A stretch of 64,000 nucleotides of DNA from Chiloscyllium plagiosum. Lineage: Eukaryota. This document shows, piece by piece, positions 1-12,259 of the stretch. The notes under the pieces are model-generated. The model was not told the DNA's origin. It saw nothing but the letters and a program-made list of their open reading frames with translations, and did no database searches. Numbering within the stretch: the first letter of the stretch is position 1; every line of letters starts with the position of its first letter. Location of the stretch: assembly GCF_004010195.1 (NCBI RefSeq), contig NC_057758.1:3773428-3837427 (forward strand), read 5' to 3'. The translations under genes were made by a program, and so were the position numbers.

Positions 1-510
1 CTCTCCAGCAACTTCCCGACCACCAACGTCAGGCTCACTGGTCTGTAGTTACCCGGAATATCCCTACTACCCTTCTTATACAGAGGGACAACATTAGCAA
101 TCTTCCAGCCCTTCGGCACCTTACCTATATTTAAGGATGCCACAAAAATATCTGTCAGGGCACTGGCTATTTCCTCTCTCGCCTCCCTCAGCAAAATGGG
201 ATAGATCCCATCTGGTCCTATGGATTTGTCCAACTGAATAACTTCTTGCATACCCAACACATCTTCCCTACTTATGCCAACGTGATTCAGACTAATCAAA
301 CGTCTTCCTCTAATCTCAAGATTCAACATGTTCCTCTCCTTAGTGAACACTGATGCAAAGTAATCATTCAGAACCTCACCCATTCTTTCAGGTTCAGCAC
401 ACAGCCTTCCTGCATTATCTTTTAGTGAACCAATCCTTTCATTAGTTAACCGCTTGCTTCTTATATAAGAATAAAATGCTTTGGGATTTTCCTTAATTCT
501 GCTTGCTAAA
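1..510 (-). mobile_element. CR1-type LINE ORF2 fragment (pre-RT/RT start)
   Basis: Minus strand reads WKIANVVPLYKKGSRDIPGNYRPVSLTLVVGKLLE, the conserved CR1 motif preceding RT domain 1. Confidence 0.9.
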
Positions 511-639
511 CTTCTGAAGTCAATGAACAGTTGTTTACTTTTGCCATAGTTGAGAGAGAGAGAGAAGATGTTATCACCACCTCACCAAGCCCTCTATCTC
601 TTTTCTGAATTTGGACTCATCGTTGTCAGAGATCTGTCC

Positions 640-1790
640 TATCCCAGTAGTGTCGTTAGCAAACCTGCAGATTGCGTTCCTTTGGAATTACAAAGTCTAC
701 GGCGTACAGAGAGTACAGTAGAGGGCTGAGGTTGCATCCCTGGTGAGCTCCAATATTGAATGTTAACGTCAACGAGGAGCTGTTGTCGATATTCGCTGAT
801 TGAAGTCTGTCAGTCAGGACGTTGAGTATCCCGCACAATGAATGTGCTTTCTCAGTTACTGGGATGTTAGTGATCTTCTTGAAGCAGTTGTGGGCTTCGG
901 CTTGTAGGAGGAGAGGTAGAAGATGTAATTGAATTGCTTCGCCAAATGGTCCACACAGGCCCAGAGTGCTTGAATGGGATCACCATCTGGGTCAATCACT
1001 TTCTTTGGTTAACTCTGAGGAAGACTGATCTGACTTCTCAATGGTGATGAAGAGAACAAATGCGTCTGGAGTCTTGGGGCAGGCATCACCATCGTGCTGA
1101 CATTGTGCTCAAACTGGGCTTAGAAACATTGTCGACGTCAAGAGGGACGTGTCTTTGTCGTCTTACTTGCTCTGTTTCTTTTTCTACACTGTAATGCAGC
1201 TTAGTAATTACCACAGGCGTCTGGAGACTATTTGGCTCACTTGGGCCTCTAATGTGATCTGGTACTGAATGACAGCAACCCTGCTGGCTTTGCAGGGGTC
1301 ATTGCTGGACATCCTGTGTAGGTGTATGTCATGGGGCCTCAATACTGATCTTCACTCAGAAGTGGATTTCCTGGTTCAGCGAAGGTTTCCGACGGGAGAA
1401 CAACTGGATTGACATATTTTGCTGCACAGTCCTCCAAACATTTGCCCATTGAAGTCCATGGCGGTGGCTGCTTCTGGTCTCGGATTTTCGCCGATTTCTT
1501 GAATGCAGACCCGACCACCGATTCCAAGAACTCCAGGAGATGGTTTTCGACTGCTTCAGACCAGGTTCCTCCTTCACAAAATCGTTTCAGCTTGTGCTTG
1601 AAAACTGGGAGGAGGAACACAGTGGTGTTAAGTGGGGGTATGGAGAGGTAGGTTGACTCTACATAGAATTCCAAACTCACAGCACTGTCTTTACTGCTGA
1701 CCTGCTCTGTACATATATGTGACTCCATGCTGGCAACATGATGGTTCATATTAACCTGCTCTGTCCTACATGGGATTCCAGAGCTACAGT
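640..1790 (-). mobile_element. Degenerate Rex1/Babar-like LINE fragment (endonuclease tail to RT)
   Basis: ORF pieces ILNVLTDRLQSANIDNSSSLTLTFNIGAHQGCNLSPLLYSLY and VFLLPVFKHKLKR...WSEAVENHLLEFLESV resemble Rex1/Babar RT (G-PQG-VLSPLLYSLY) and linker motifs; internally deleted. Confidence 0.75.
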
Positions 1791-1884
1791 AATGAGGGGG
1801 ACAGTGATATGCTCTGTGCCTGCGTGTAACTCCATACCCACTTCACAACATTTTAGTTTGACTTGCTCTGACCTTAACATGTGA

Positions 1885-2000
1885 CCACAGAACCACTTCA
1901 GACAGTTCTGAGCAAGGGTAATTCAACCTGAAAAGTTAACTTGACTTCTCTCCACAGATGCTGCAGAATCCGTTGAGCTTCTCCAGTCATTTATGTGTTC
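1885..2000 (+). mobile_element. Degenerate Penelope-like terminal repeat fragment
   Basis: ttctgagcaagggta...cctgaaaagttaac...ctctccacagatgctgc...gagcttctccag resembles the PLE terminus seen repeatedly in this window. Confidence 0.55.
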
Positions 2001-2714
2001 AAGATCTAATTAGTTTGGTGAGACTGCCCTCGAGGGCTGAGTGACCTACTGTTGCTGTTGTTTTCTGTGTTCGTATTACTTCATGGAACATGACTAGCGC
2101 CCTCTCCTACCGCTATGTAATGTTTGTAACATGAAGTTTCATAATGCGACTTCTGCACGCTAAGTGGTACAATCACTTCCTGATGCTTGCCAAACCTGGA
2201 AGTAATTTCCCTCCATGTTTGTACAATGTGGATGAAAATTGACGTGATCCATGGTCTCTTGGTGTTTGGCAAGCAAGCAGAGAGAATTTGGTTTCCTGCT
2301 CTGTCCCAGCACGAATCCCAATTTCCATCCGAATCTTTTGAACTAAGCTGTGAGGCAGTGGAGATTCTCAGAAATATTGCGTCAACCGACCTGTGAGTGG
2401 CATAAGATGGCCTCTCCACCCCAAACTAAGGGTGTATAATGATGGAGTGAATTTGACTGTGGGCTATCGTTTCTGTGTGTTTGAGCACAGAATAATGTAG
2501 CCAGGATTTCTCGGAGAGCTTTTTCAGCCCATCAAGTCCACAATATGAAACACTATTCAAAATATATACCAGCCCCAGATCCAAAAATTTGACTTTTGAT
2601 TGGAATGTGGATTATCCAATGGCCTTTAAAAGACTATGAGGTGCCCTGCCTCAGGTGTCCTCCAGACCACCAAGTTGAAAACGCTTCTCCACAACTCGCC
2701 TCCAGTCTTTTGAT

Positions 2715-3030
2715 TGAGTGTTAATCCACAGACCCAGATAACGTTTTGGGAACCTGGGTTCGCATCGTACTGCGGCAGATAGTGGAAATTGAAATAAAAT
2801 ATGTAAAGAATGTGTACTTAACATGCGGAGGCTAAGCTTGAGTCCACTGTCGATTGTCAGAAAAACGGAAGTTATTCACTAATGTCCTTTAAGGAAAGAA
2901 AGTGTCAACTTTACGTGGCCTGGCCTGCATGTGGCTCCAGACATACAGAAATGCTGTTAACACCTAACTGGCATCTAGTTGGGCAATACATGCTGCCTCA
3001 TCAGCGATGCTCTCACCCTGTGAATAAAAT
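2715..3030 (+). mobile_element. tRNA-derived SINE (degenerate)
   Basis: B-box-like gggttcgcatc at ~2756; core ttcactaatgtcctttaaggaaag...catgtggctccagac is shared with 8760-8970; LINE-like tail gggcaatacatgctg. Confidence 0.6.
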
Positions 3031-4225
3031 CTTCTTCGACGTTTCAAATACACATAGTGTCTGTTTGTCAGTGACCATTCGACGATGGCGTGTAGTCGTT
3101 TTTTGTTTACTCTCTCCGTGCCTCTCTTGACCTTATACTCCACAAACAGGCATCCCCAGTAACTTCGCTGCTCCAAAGCAAATAACGCAGGTGCATTCAG
3201 GCTCTCTTCACAGCTACATTGCTCCAAAGAACACAGAAATCAGGAACTGATTCTTTTTCACGCATGTCTGTGCCAAATGTATACCATCTGCCTGCACAGG
3301 CAGTGTGTAGCTGAATTCATTGCCTGGTCACATGTTTGTCGAAATGACTCTTCATCCTTGCTATCGTTTTTATTTCCAACGTCGCCCCTGGCAGTGTGGT
3401 CCAGACACTTGACACTCTCTGTGTCAAAACGTTTCCTAACACATTTCCTTTCCACTTTTTCCCTTTGAACATATGTAGCCGGCTAAGAAGCTTATTCATA
3501 TGTCAATTAGTCTGGATGCAGGTTTTCTCACGGAGCTGGAATTTTCGTTTCCTGACGTTACATCAGATGAGACTGCAGGTGAAGCACAGGTGGCATGGAC
3601 CGCTTTCTATTTATTTGTTTAGGTTTCTTTGGGCTGGTATTGTCATTTCCTGCGTGGAAGACATTTCCCGTGGTGATGCCCTTCCAGTTCTTTTCTCAGG
3701 TGTTGGTAAATGGGATCCAAGTCAATGTGTTTATTCATACTTCCGGTTCTTATCCCATGCTTCCAGGATTTCTCGTGCGTGGATGTTGGGTCTGTCAGTA
3801 TATTTAAAGCTGTGACAAAGTAAGTTTAATCAGGGTGGAGTATTCTAGAGTTATGTGGAAAAGTCAGAAAAGTCGAGTTAGGATGACCTGAATAGTCACG
3901 ATCTCATGGAGTCCCAGTGCCGTCTCGAGAAGCATCAATAGCGTGAAGATCCTCTTTGGGTTAGTGAGAACAAACTACACAAAATACTCCAGGTATGGTC
4001 TTGCCAACGCCCTGCATAACTTCAGTGATTCATCCCAAATTCCCCTTGCAATTAAGGCGAACATATCATTTGCCATCCACATGGCTTGCTAAATAACAAG
4101 CAGTAAATAAAAATTTGATTCCAAGCAACCTGCGGTAGAGGGTCAGACTGGATAGTGACTGGTTCGATTTCAGAGGAAATTTCGAACAAAAGTAGCATGC
4201 ACACACCAAAAACGTTTCGCTATTG

Positions 4226-4680
4226 TGTTATGGAGCAGGTCAGAACCCATCAAGATATTTCAAGGAAGTAGCCCAGACCCTAAATTTGCTATTTATTTAA
4301 GCAGGTGTAGACAAGATATTCCAGGAGTGATGCTGTTGACCCAAACACATAGTTTTAAGCCAATCAGAATTAATTTGGAAGATTACTGAGTGAAACACAA
4401 ACAATACAGAACAGAGTACAGAATGACTTCACCGATATGAAAACTGAACAGGTTACCCAACGTAATGATATGGCAAATTAGTGCAACAATCCCCATAAAC
4501 ACGGCCTTGGGACAAAAGAAGAAAATTAAACACAGGGTGCACGGAGGGAGAGGCAGATAGGTTCAGCATAGAACATCTTCTTCCACGTAGCTGTTTCTTT
4601 GACCAGCACCCTCCAAACTGAGGTACTATTTGCTCTGAAGAGCCAGACTTCTAAAACCCAAACCACAACAAATACAACAT
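4226..4680. repeat. LTR-like interspersed repeat (possible solo LTR fragment)
   Basis: Starts TGTTATGGAGCAGGTCAGAACCC...; similar start at ~31600 (TGTAATATGGACCAGACTTGACCCC); no internal LTR-element coding sequence seen. Confidence 0.35.
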
Positions 4681-4944
4681 AGCAGTGTTAAAGGACGAAT
4701 ATCGTCAGACTTCTGAGACAACTGGTGGTGGTTTATCATCCCAGTCACCACACCTCAGAGAAGGGGAGATAATGAGAAAGTCGAACCAGCAAATAATTAA
4801 TTGGTCTGAGCAAGGAAGTGAACATCCAGTCCCAAAAATTGTAGATGGCCGAACGGTAGGTGGAATGCAATGTTGTGAGCAGGATCAAAACCGTTTTATG
4901 AAATATATTAATTCCTCAAGTCAGTGGGCACAATATTGACAAAT

Positions 4945-5096
4945 GCTGAAAATCTGTTGCTGGAACAGCGCAGCAGGTCAGGCAGCATCCAGGGAATAGG
5001 AGAATCGACGTTTTGGGCATAAGCCCTTCTTCAGGAAATCCTGGAAGCAACACATTTTCAGCGCTGATCTCCAGCATCTGCAGACCTCACTTTCTC
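4945..5096. mobile_element. Short fold-back Penelope-like insertion with 16-bp TSD
   Basis: cacaatattgacaaat at 4929-4944 and 5097-5112 flanks an inverted PLE terminus plus the direct 3' end (ctccagcatctgcagacctcactttctcc). Confidence 0.85.
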
Positions 5097-5734
5097 CACA
5101 ATATTGACAAATATTGTATAACGTTGAAACTTTAATGTCTCTGACCAATAAAGGCAGGCATATCAAACACCTTCTTCACTATGCTGTCTATGTGCGACTC
5201 CCCTTTCAAGGAACTATGAACTTACCATCGAGTCATACAGCATGATCATGGACCTTTGGTCCAACTAGTCCATGCCAACGATAATCCCAAACTAAATCAG
5301 TCTCTCCTGCCTGCTGTTGGCCTGTATCCCTCCAAACCTTTCCTATTCATGTACTAAAACAAATGTCTTTTTATTGAACCCGCATCCACCGCTTCCTGAG
5401 GAGATTCATTCCACACATCAACCACCCTCTGTGTAAAATTAGTATTTGAATGGCAAGGATGAAGTTGAATTGAAATGGTTCATTAAAATAAACAGCTTCT
5501 ACCAAACCCCCTACAATAGGTATGGTAGCAACTCCAACTCTGGAGTCTCTCAAATCGATATTTCCATGGAGTGGAGGGGGGAGTAAAGTGTTGGATTCAC
5601 AGAGGTGGGCGTCTTCTGAGAGTGTAAAGCTAAAGTTAAACCCTGTGCTTTGCTTGAACTCAAACCGCATTGACGTGGAGAAGAGCGAAAGGAGTTTGCA
5701 AAATGTCCTCTCCTCCCCATGTGCTTCAGATGCA

Positions 5735-5800
5735 GGGCAGCGCAGGCGCAGTGCGCCCCCCTCCCCCACCCCAATGTGGACGTCACAACGTGGAGGTAGG
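5735..5800 (+). promoter_or_regulatory. Promoter-like motif cluster upstream of ZNF pseudogene
   Basis: GCGCAGGCGCA (NRF1-like), C-rich GC box, CCAAT and GACGTCA (CRE-like) within ~50 bp, ~0.8 kb upstream of the ZNF terminal exon. Confidence 0.5.
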
Positions 5801-7515
5801 CCTGTCAATTTCAGAGTGAAACTCCCTCCCTCTGGGTAACATCTGGGAGCAAAGCAATGTCTCTCCCTTTCCATTCCTCATCCTGGGAGGAGGGGGAGAG
5901 AGAGGCGTGGCGGGGTGTAGTGTGGGGTGGAGACTGTTCACTTGTAGCAACTGGAGTGACTCCATGGAGGGAGCAGGCTCTCCAAAGGTGCTCAGATGCT
6001 CTCTGTCCCTCTCAAAGGTATTTTTCTTGTGTATTCGCTCAGTTTGGCACGTATAGAGTTTGCACCCTGGAAAAGGTTTACTTCTTTCCTTATGTTCAGA
6101 ATTATAAGGGTAGTTTCTCATGGAACTGAGCAGTATTTAAGGAATTGGCACATTGATTTCAAATGTCGACATCTGTTGCTTCATATGGTGTATATCTGAT
6201 ATTATTGGCTGTTATAAAAACTTTGTGGCTATGATTTTTCACCTTCTAATGCAGTAATAGAATTACGTTCTATATCTCTTGTCTATTTTTTATTTACTAG
6301 GACAGCAGGAAGTCATTCAGTAACTTCACTGGCTTTCTTTTCCCAAGCAGCCTTGACATTTCATTATCATATTCGTGATTCAGCTCCATTTCCAGCACCT
6401 TTGTCAACAGCTTGTTCCGGGTTATTGCGATCTAAATTACGTTTTCCTCCATACACACTTAAGGCTATCTTGTTGCATGAGGGTTTTCTGCGTCCTGCAT
6501 AATATATGGTCAGCACTCATCTAGCAATCTACAGGAATTGCCACCGATGATATGTTCATTTAACAGTACTGACAGTGATCACTCAATTTGTGATTCTTTT
6601 TGCAGGAAGACATGCAGAAGAAATCTGAAAACAAATGATACATCATCTTCTGACAGAGCCACTTGAATCATTGGAGCTTGAATATCAGCAGCCATTCAAT
6701 TCGAGAAGAAATGTTTGCTTTTGTCTGTGTGAGAGATTTTGAACACTGGTGTGGCAGGAATAATATTGAGACACCCGAGTGAGGGAGATTCAGTACGCTG
6801 TCTGTGAAAAATGCGTCAAACAATTTACTCAGCTTGGGGGATCAAAATCTCACCCCTCCCAGTGGGGAGGGACTATGTATCCATTCTGTTTTTAATTTCA
6901 AATACAGCGCGACACAAAGAATGCTCCCCTCGTGGGGAAACCATGGAAATGTGGGGACTGTGGGAATGGGTTCCCTTCCCCATTGGGGATAGACACCCAC
7001 AGATGCGTTCTCACTGGGGAGACGCCGTTCTCCTGCTCAGTATGCGGGAAGGGATTCAGTTGGCTGTGCAGCCTGCAGACACACCAGCCTGCAGTCATAC
7101 CAGGGAGAGGCTATTCATGTGCCGCCATTGTGTGAAAGGATTCATTCAGTCGTCCCACCTGCAGACACACCAGCAGGTTCACATCAGGGAGAGGCCGTTC
7201 TCCTGCTCTGAGTGCAGGAAGGGATTTGTCGATTCTTACACCCTGCTGATCCACCAGCAGGTCCACCTCGGAGAGGCGCCATTCACCTGCCTTAAGTGCG
7301 AGAAGAGCTTCAGTCATGTGGGCAACTTGTGGAGGCAGCAGCCGATCCACACCAGGGAGAGGCCATTCACATGCTCTCTGTGCGGGAAGGGGTTCACTCA
7401 GACATCTACACTGTAATCTACCAAAGGGTCCATATCATGGAGAGGGCGTTCATCTCCTCTCAGTGTGGAAAGGGCTTCACCCGCTCCTCCCACCTGCGGA
7501 GCCACCAGCGAGTTC

Positions 7516-8628
7516 TGGAATTTTTTGAGGATGTAACTCTGAAGATGGACAAGGGAGATCCAGTGGATGTAGTGTACCTGGACTTTCAGAAAGCTTTTGA
7601 TAAAGTCCCACACAGGAGGTTAGTGAGCAAAATTAGGGCGCATGGTATTGGGGGNNNNNNNNNNNNNNNNNNNNNNNNNNNNNNNNNNNNNNNNNNNNNN
7701 NNNNNNNNNNNNNNNNNNNNNNNNNNNNNNNNNNNNNNNNNNNNNNNNNNNNNNNNNNNNNNNNNNNNNNNNNNNNNNNNNNNNNNNNNNNNNNNNNNNN
7801 NNNNNNNNNNNNNNNNNNNNNNNNNNNNNNNNNNNNNNNNNNNNNNNNNNNNNNNNNNNNNNNNNNNNNNNNNNNNNNNNNNNNNNNNNNNNNNNNNNNN
7901 NNNNNNNNNNNNNNNNNNNNNNNNNNNNNNNNNNNNNNNNNNNNNNNNNNNNNNNNNNNNNNNNNNNNNNNNNNNNNNNNNNNNNNNNNNNNNNNNNNNN
8001 NNNNNNNNNNNNNNNNNNNNNNNNNNNNNNNNNNNNNNNNNNNNNNNNNNNNNNNNNNNNNNNNNNNNNNNNNNNNNNNNNNNNNNNNNNNNNNNNNNNN
8101 NNNNNNNNNNNNNNNNNNNNNNNNNNNNNNNNNNNNNNNNNNNNNNNTAGGTTCACGAGGTCAATTCCTGGAATGGCGGGACTATCTTATGTTGAAAGAT
8201 TGGAGCGACTGGGCTTGTATACCCTTGAGTTTAGAAGAAAGAGGGGGGATCTGATTGAGACGTATAAGATTATTAAAGGATTGGACACTCTGGAGGCAGG
8301 AAATATGTTTCTGCTGATGGGTGAGTGCCGAACCAGAGGACACAGCTTAAAAATAAGGGGTAGGCCATTTAGGACAGAGATGAGGAGAAACTTCTTCACC
8401 CAGAGAGTGGTGGGTGTGTTGAATGCTCTGCCCCAGGAGACAGTGGAGGCCCAGTCTCTGAATTCGTTTAAGAAAGAGTTGGATAGAGCTAGCAAGGATA
8501 GTGGAATCAAGGGTTATGGAGATAAGGCAGGAACAGGATACTGATTGAGGATAATCAGCCATGATCATAATGAATGGTGGTGCAGGCTCGAAGGGCAGAA
8601 TGGCCTACTCCTGCACCTATTGTCTATT
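7516..8628 (+). mobile_element. Young 5'-truncated CR1/HER1-type LINE (contains assembly gap)
   Basis: LEFFEDVT...[22 protein letters not shown] motif; intact C-terminus ...RGHSLKIRGRPFRTEMRRNFFTQRVV...GIKGYGDKAGTGY; ctattg tail repeat; gagttc duplicated at 7510-7515 and 8629-8634. Confidence 0.93.
7655..8147. other. Assembly gap
   Basis: Run of N. Confidence 1.
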
Positions 8629-8749
8629 GAGTTCACATGCCATTGCAGGGGGATTGAAGTGGTGACGGCCGAGTGCCATTATCGACTGGACGATCAACTC
8701 AGTTCCGGGGATTCCCGGGGTTTGAATCCAGCCGAGGCAGATGGTGGGA

Positions 8750-8970
8750 TTGGAATTCGGTCAGAAATTTGGAGTTCTGAATCTAATAATGAAACCATTT
8801 TTGGGGGGGGGAGAAACTGCCATCTAATTCACTCATGTTCCTTTTAGGAAAGGAAACTGCCATTGTGGGAAAGGATTCACTCAGTCATCTCAACTGCATC
8901 CTTTATCGGTCTGGCGTCCACCTGACTCCAGACCCACAGCAGCATAGTTGACTCTTGACTGCCCCCCCAC
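8750..8970 (+). mobile_element. SINE fragment (same family as 2715-3030) in the ZNF 3' region
   Basis: ttcactcatgttccttttaggaaaggaaactgcc...tgactccagacccacagcagcatagttgactctt core. Confidence 0.6.
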
Positions 8971-9479
8971 CATGTCAAATGAGTGGGAATAACTAAAATG
9001 GATACAGTGTGTGGGTGGAAATTGCTGAGTGAGGCAATACTTCCTTCAGCTTAAGGCTGTACCAAGAATCCAATTATAAAGGGACAACTTGGTGCTGACC
9101 AACAGTAAAGGAAGTGGAGTTGGGAGGAGTGTGTGAGCTTTGAGCTGTTTTAAAAAATGCTTCTTTTGATACACTTTTTTTTTTGCTGGGGAAATCTGAA
9201 GCTGTAACAAAGTTGCGTGGCAATAAAGGTTACTTGAACTTAACCCCAGTCTCAGACTGTCAATGAAAGCTATGAGATCCAATAGGTTTTTGTTTTAAAA
9301 CTGCTCATTTCTTTCAACCTCTTGCACTAAGTTTCCAATATCGTGTATCAGAAGGAGCAGTGAATGAGTAGCTAATATTGTTAGAAATTGTAAGTTTTTC
9401 ATCTCTGCAGGTATTGCATCGTTTCATCGACATTGTAACGTCTACTGGCAGCACCGGGAAGTGTGGGATGTATTCACAA

Positions 9480-10170
9480 GAAACAAAGTTAAAAATCATA
9501 CAACACCAGGTTATAGTCCAACATGTTTATTTGGAAGCACGAACTTTCGGAACACTGCTCCTTCATCAGGTGTTTGTGGAGAAGGATCAGAGGCGAATTT
9601 ATAGCAAAAGATCGCAGTTTCATGCAACAGAAATGATATAGAACAAACTTAGATTGTTGTGAAGTCTTTCATCTTTTAGAATGGGTTGCAGGTTTTGGTT
9701 CATTAATATGTAAATCCCAGAACTTGTTTGAAGACACATTCTTGAGACAACTTAAGGTCTGTATCCCAATCTTGAGTGAGACTGGTTCTATTTCCAAAGT
9801 AGGAATTTATAAAATCTCACATGGATTAACTGCCTGTAGATTGTATTTGGCTCAAAAAGCGCACAATGTATCTGCAAATACAAAATCACACAAAAGCCTT
9901 ATATGTACGTGTGCATGCATGAGAGTATGGGTGAGTGTGTGCGTGCTTGATAAAGTGTGTGAGTGATAGAGTATCAGCCTGTGAGAGGGTGTATATGTGT
10001 GTGTGTGTCTGAGAGAGGGATCTGTGTGAATGAGAGTGTGTGCTTTGTGTGGGTGTGACAGAGCGTGACAGTGAAGTGGGGTTACCTGTCATGTGACATG
10101 AATCCAAGGTCCTGGTTGATGCCATCCTCATGTGTTCCGAACTTGGCTACCAGCCTCTGCTGGGCCACTA
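9480..10170 (-). mobile_element. Penelope-like element 3' fragment (second family)
   Basis: Minus strand encodes GIY-YIG C-terminal VAQQRLVAKFGTHEDGINQDLGFMSH, then a CA/CT-rich spacer and a terminus with cacCTGATGAaggagcagtgttccGAAAg hammerhead-like core. Confidence 0.75.
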
Positions 10171-10364
10171 AAACTGAATAAGCAGTTACATAGCACACAT
10201 TGTAGAGGGCAGGGTGGGACTTGTCTTTCGATTTGCAGAAGGTGGGAGGTTCTGGGTGCGGGAAACTAGGGAAAACAAATGCTGGAGGACTTTCGGCTCA
10301 GAGAGATGCAGCTGGAAACCAGGCTGCAGACACGTTGGGGGAATCATCAAACCCCCTACAATGT

Positions 10365-10606
10365 ACAAACAGGCCCTTTGGGCCAACAATCCACACTGAT
10401 TCCCCCCTCAGAGCATCCCACTCAATAACCTCCACAGCTAATCCCTGAATTTAGAACACACAATCCACTCTAAGCTGCACATCTTGGGAGGAAACCAGAG
10501 CACCAAGAGATTGGGGGGAGGGGGGGGAGTAGGAAAGTGCAAACTCCACACAGACAAACACCCTGAGGGTGGGATCGAAATCAACTCCCTGGCACTGTGA
10601 GGCAGC
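10365..10606 (-). mobile_element. HE1-like V-SINE
   Basis: Minus strand gctgcctcacagtgccaggga...ttcgatccc...tctgtgtggagtttgcac (tRNA head and V-domain) with a CR1-like tail; truncated by gap. Confidence 0.75.
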
Positions 10607-11521
10607 NNNNNNNNNNNNNNNNNNNNNNNNNNNNNNNNNNNNNNNNNNNNNNNNNNNNNNNNNNNNNNNNNNNNNNNNNNNNNNNNNNNNNNNNNNNNNN
10701 NNNNNNNNNNNNNNNNNNNNNNNNNNNNNNNNNNNNNNNNNNNNNNNNNNNNNNNNNNNNNNNNNNNNNNNNNNNNNNNNNNNNNNNNNNNNNNNNNNNN
10801 NNNNNNNNNNNNNNNNNNNNNNNNNNNNNNNNNNNNNNNNNNNNNNNNNNNNNNNNNNNNNNNNNNNNNNNNNNNNNNNNNNNNNNNNNNNNNNNNNNNN
10901 NNNNNNNNNNNNNNNNNNNNNNNNNNNNNNNNNNNNNNNNNNNNNNNNNNNNNNNNNNNNNNNNNNNNNNNNNNNNNNNNNNNNNNNNNNNNNNNNNNNN
11001 NNNNNNNNNNNNNNNNNNNNNNNNNNNNNNNNNNNNNNNNNNNNNNNNNNNNNNNNNNNNNNNNNNNNNNNNNNNNNNNNNNNNNNNNNNNNNNNNNNNN
11101 NNNNNNNNNNNNNNNNNNNNNNNNNNNNNNNNNNNNNNNNNNNNNNNNNNNNNNNNNNNNNNNNNNNNNNNNNNNNNNNNNNNNNNNNNNNNNNNNNNNN
11201 NNNNNNNNNNNNNNNNNNNNNNNNNNNNNNNNNNNNNNNNNNNNNNNNNNNNNNNNNNNNNNNNNNNNNNNNNNNNNNNNNNNNNNNNNNNNNNNNNNNN
11301 NNNNNNNNNNNNNNNNNNNNNNNNNNNNNNNNNNNNNNNNNNNNNNNNNNNNNNNNNNNNNNNNNNNNNNNNNNNNNNNNNNNNNNNNNNNNNNNNNNNN
11401 NNNNNNNNNNNNNNNNNNNNNNNNNNNNNNNNNNNNNNNNNNNNNNNNNNNNNNNNNNNNNNNNNNNNNNNNNNNNNNNNNNNNNNNNNNNNNNNNNNNN
11501 NNNNNNNNNNNNNNNNNNNNN
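10607..11521. other. Assembly gap
   Basis: Run of N. Confidence 1.
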
Positions 11522-11975
11522 ATCTCCATACCCTCTTCCCCCTGTCTAGTCCAGTCTCTCGTCCACCCTCTGCCTTCCTCCATCCAGTCCCTCTCCCCAC
11601 ACTCATTCTCTCTCTCCTCCCACTCTCTGCTCCACTCCATTCTCTCTCTTTCCCCACCCTCTGCTCTCCATCCATTCCCTCTCTCTTCCCCCAACCTCTG
11701 CTAACATTCATTGTTGCTCTCTTTCTTCCCCACCCTCTGTCCCCTTGCATTCTCTCCCCACCCACTGACCCACGTCCATTCTCTCTCCCCACACTCTGCA
11801 CCCCCATTCTCTCGCTCTCTGACAAACGCTTTGCCCCCCACCCTGTGCACCCCCAGGGTTTCTCTAACTCCAATGCTCTGTCCCCGTGTCCATTTCTCTC
11901 TCTTCCTCCTAGCCTCTGTTTCCCGTCCAATATCTCTACCTGCACCCCCACCCTCATCCTTTCTTGTATCAGCTC
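11522..11975. repeat. CT-rich low-complexity region
   Basis: Pyrimidine-rich, with recurring ccccaccctctg/cattctctctc motifs. Confidence 0.8.
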
Positions 11976-12259
11976 TTCTAAGGATAGAGAGAGCGCGGAT
12001 GGCGATTACTCTACCTGGGAGATGGGAGGGTGTGGTGTGAGAAATGGCTGATCTTTAACATTGAGAATCGCTAAAATGATATTTTCAAAAACATATAAAA
12101 AAAATGTTGAAAGCAAATTCAATTATTTTTTAAAAAAGCTCCAGACATTTTTCTGAAACTTGCATTGAAATCTGTGCAATTAGGCCACAGTTGAGGACAG
12201 ACTGTAAGGATGGAATGGCCAATTCCTCATCTTGTGAAGTTGGTTCAGATTAAGTAGTA

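Larger units (their letters stand above)
6606..8657 (+). pseudogene. C2H2 zinc-finger gene terminal exon, frameshifted and split by a CR1 insertion
   Basis: Acceptor ttttttgcag at 6604-6605; about seven fingers ([85 protein letters not shown]) over three frames with lost C/H ligands; last finger resumes after the insert as H-M-P-L-Q-G-D-stop (TGA 8655-8657). Confidence 0.85.

Noticed and set aside
3595..3807. ORF starting with signal-like MDRFLFICLGFFGLVLS
   Set aside because: No recognisable mature domain or matching phase-1 donor; T-rich sequence readily yields such peptides
10438..12051. Long ORFs of 300-480 aa in the track (also at 7.6-8.5, 19.1-19.8 and 55.0-55.8 kb)
   Set aside because: Artefacts of N runs and low-complexity CT/GA sequence
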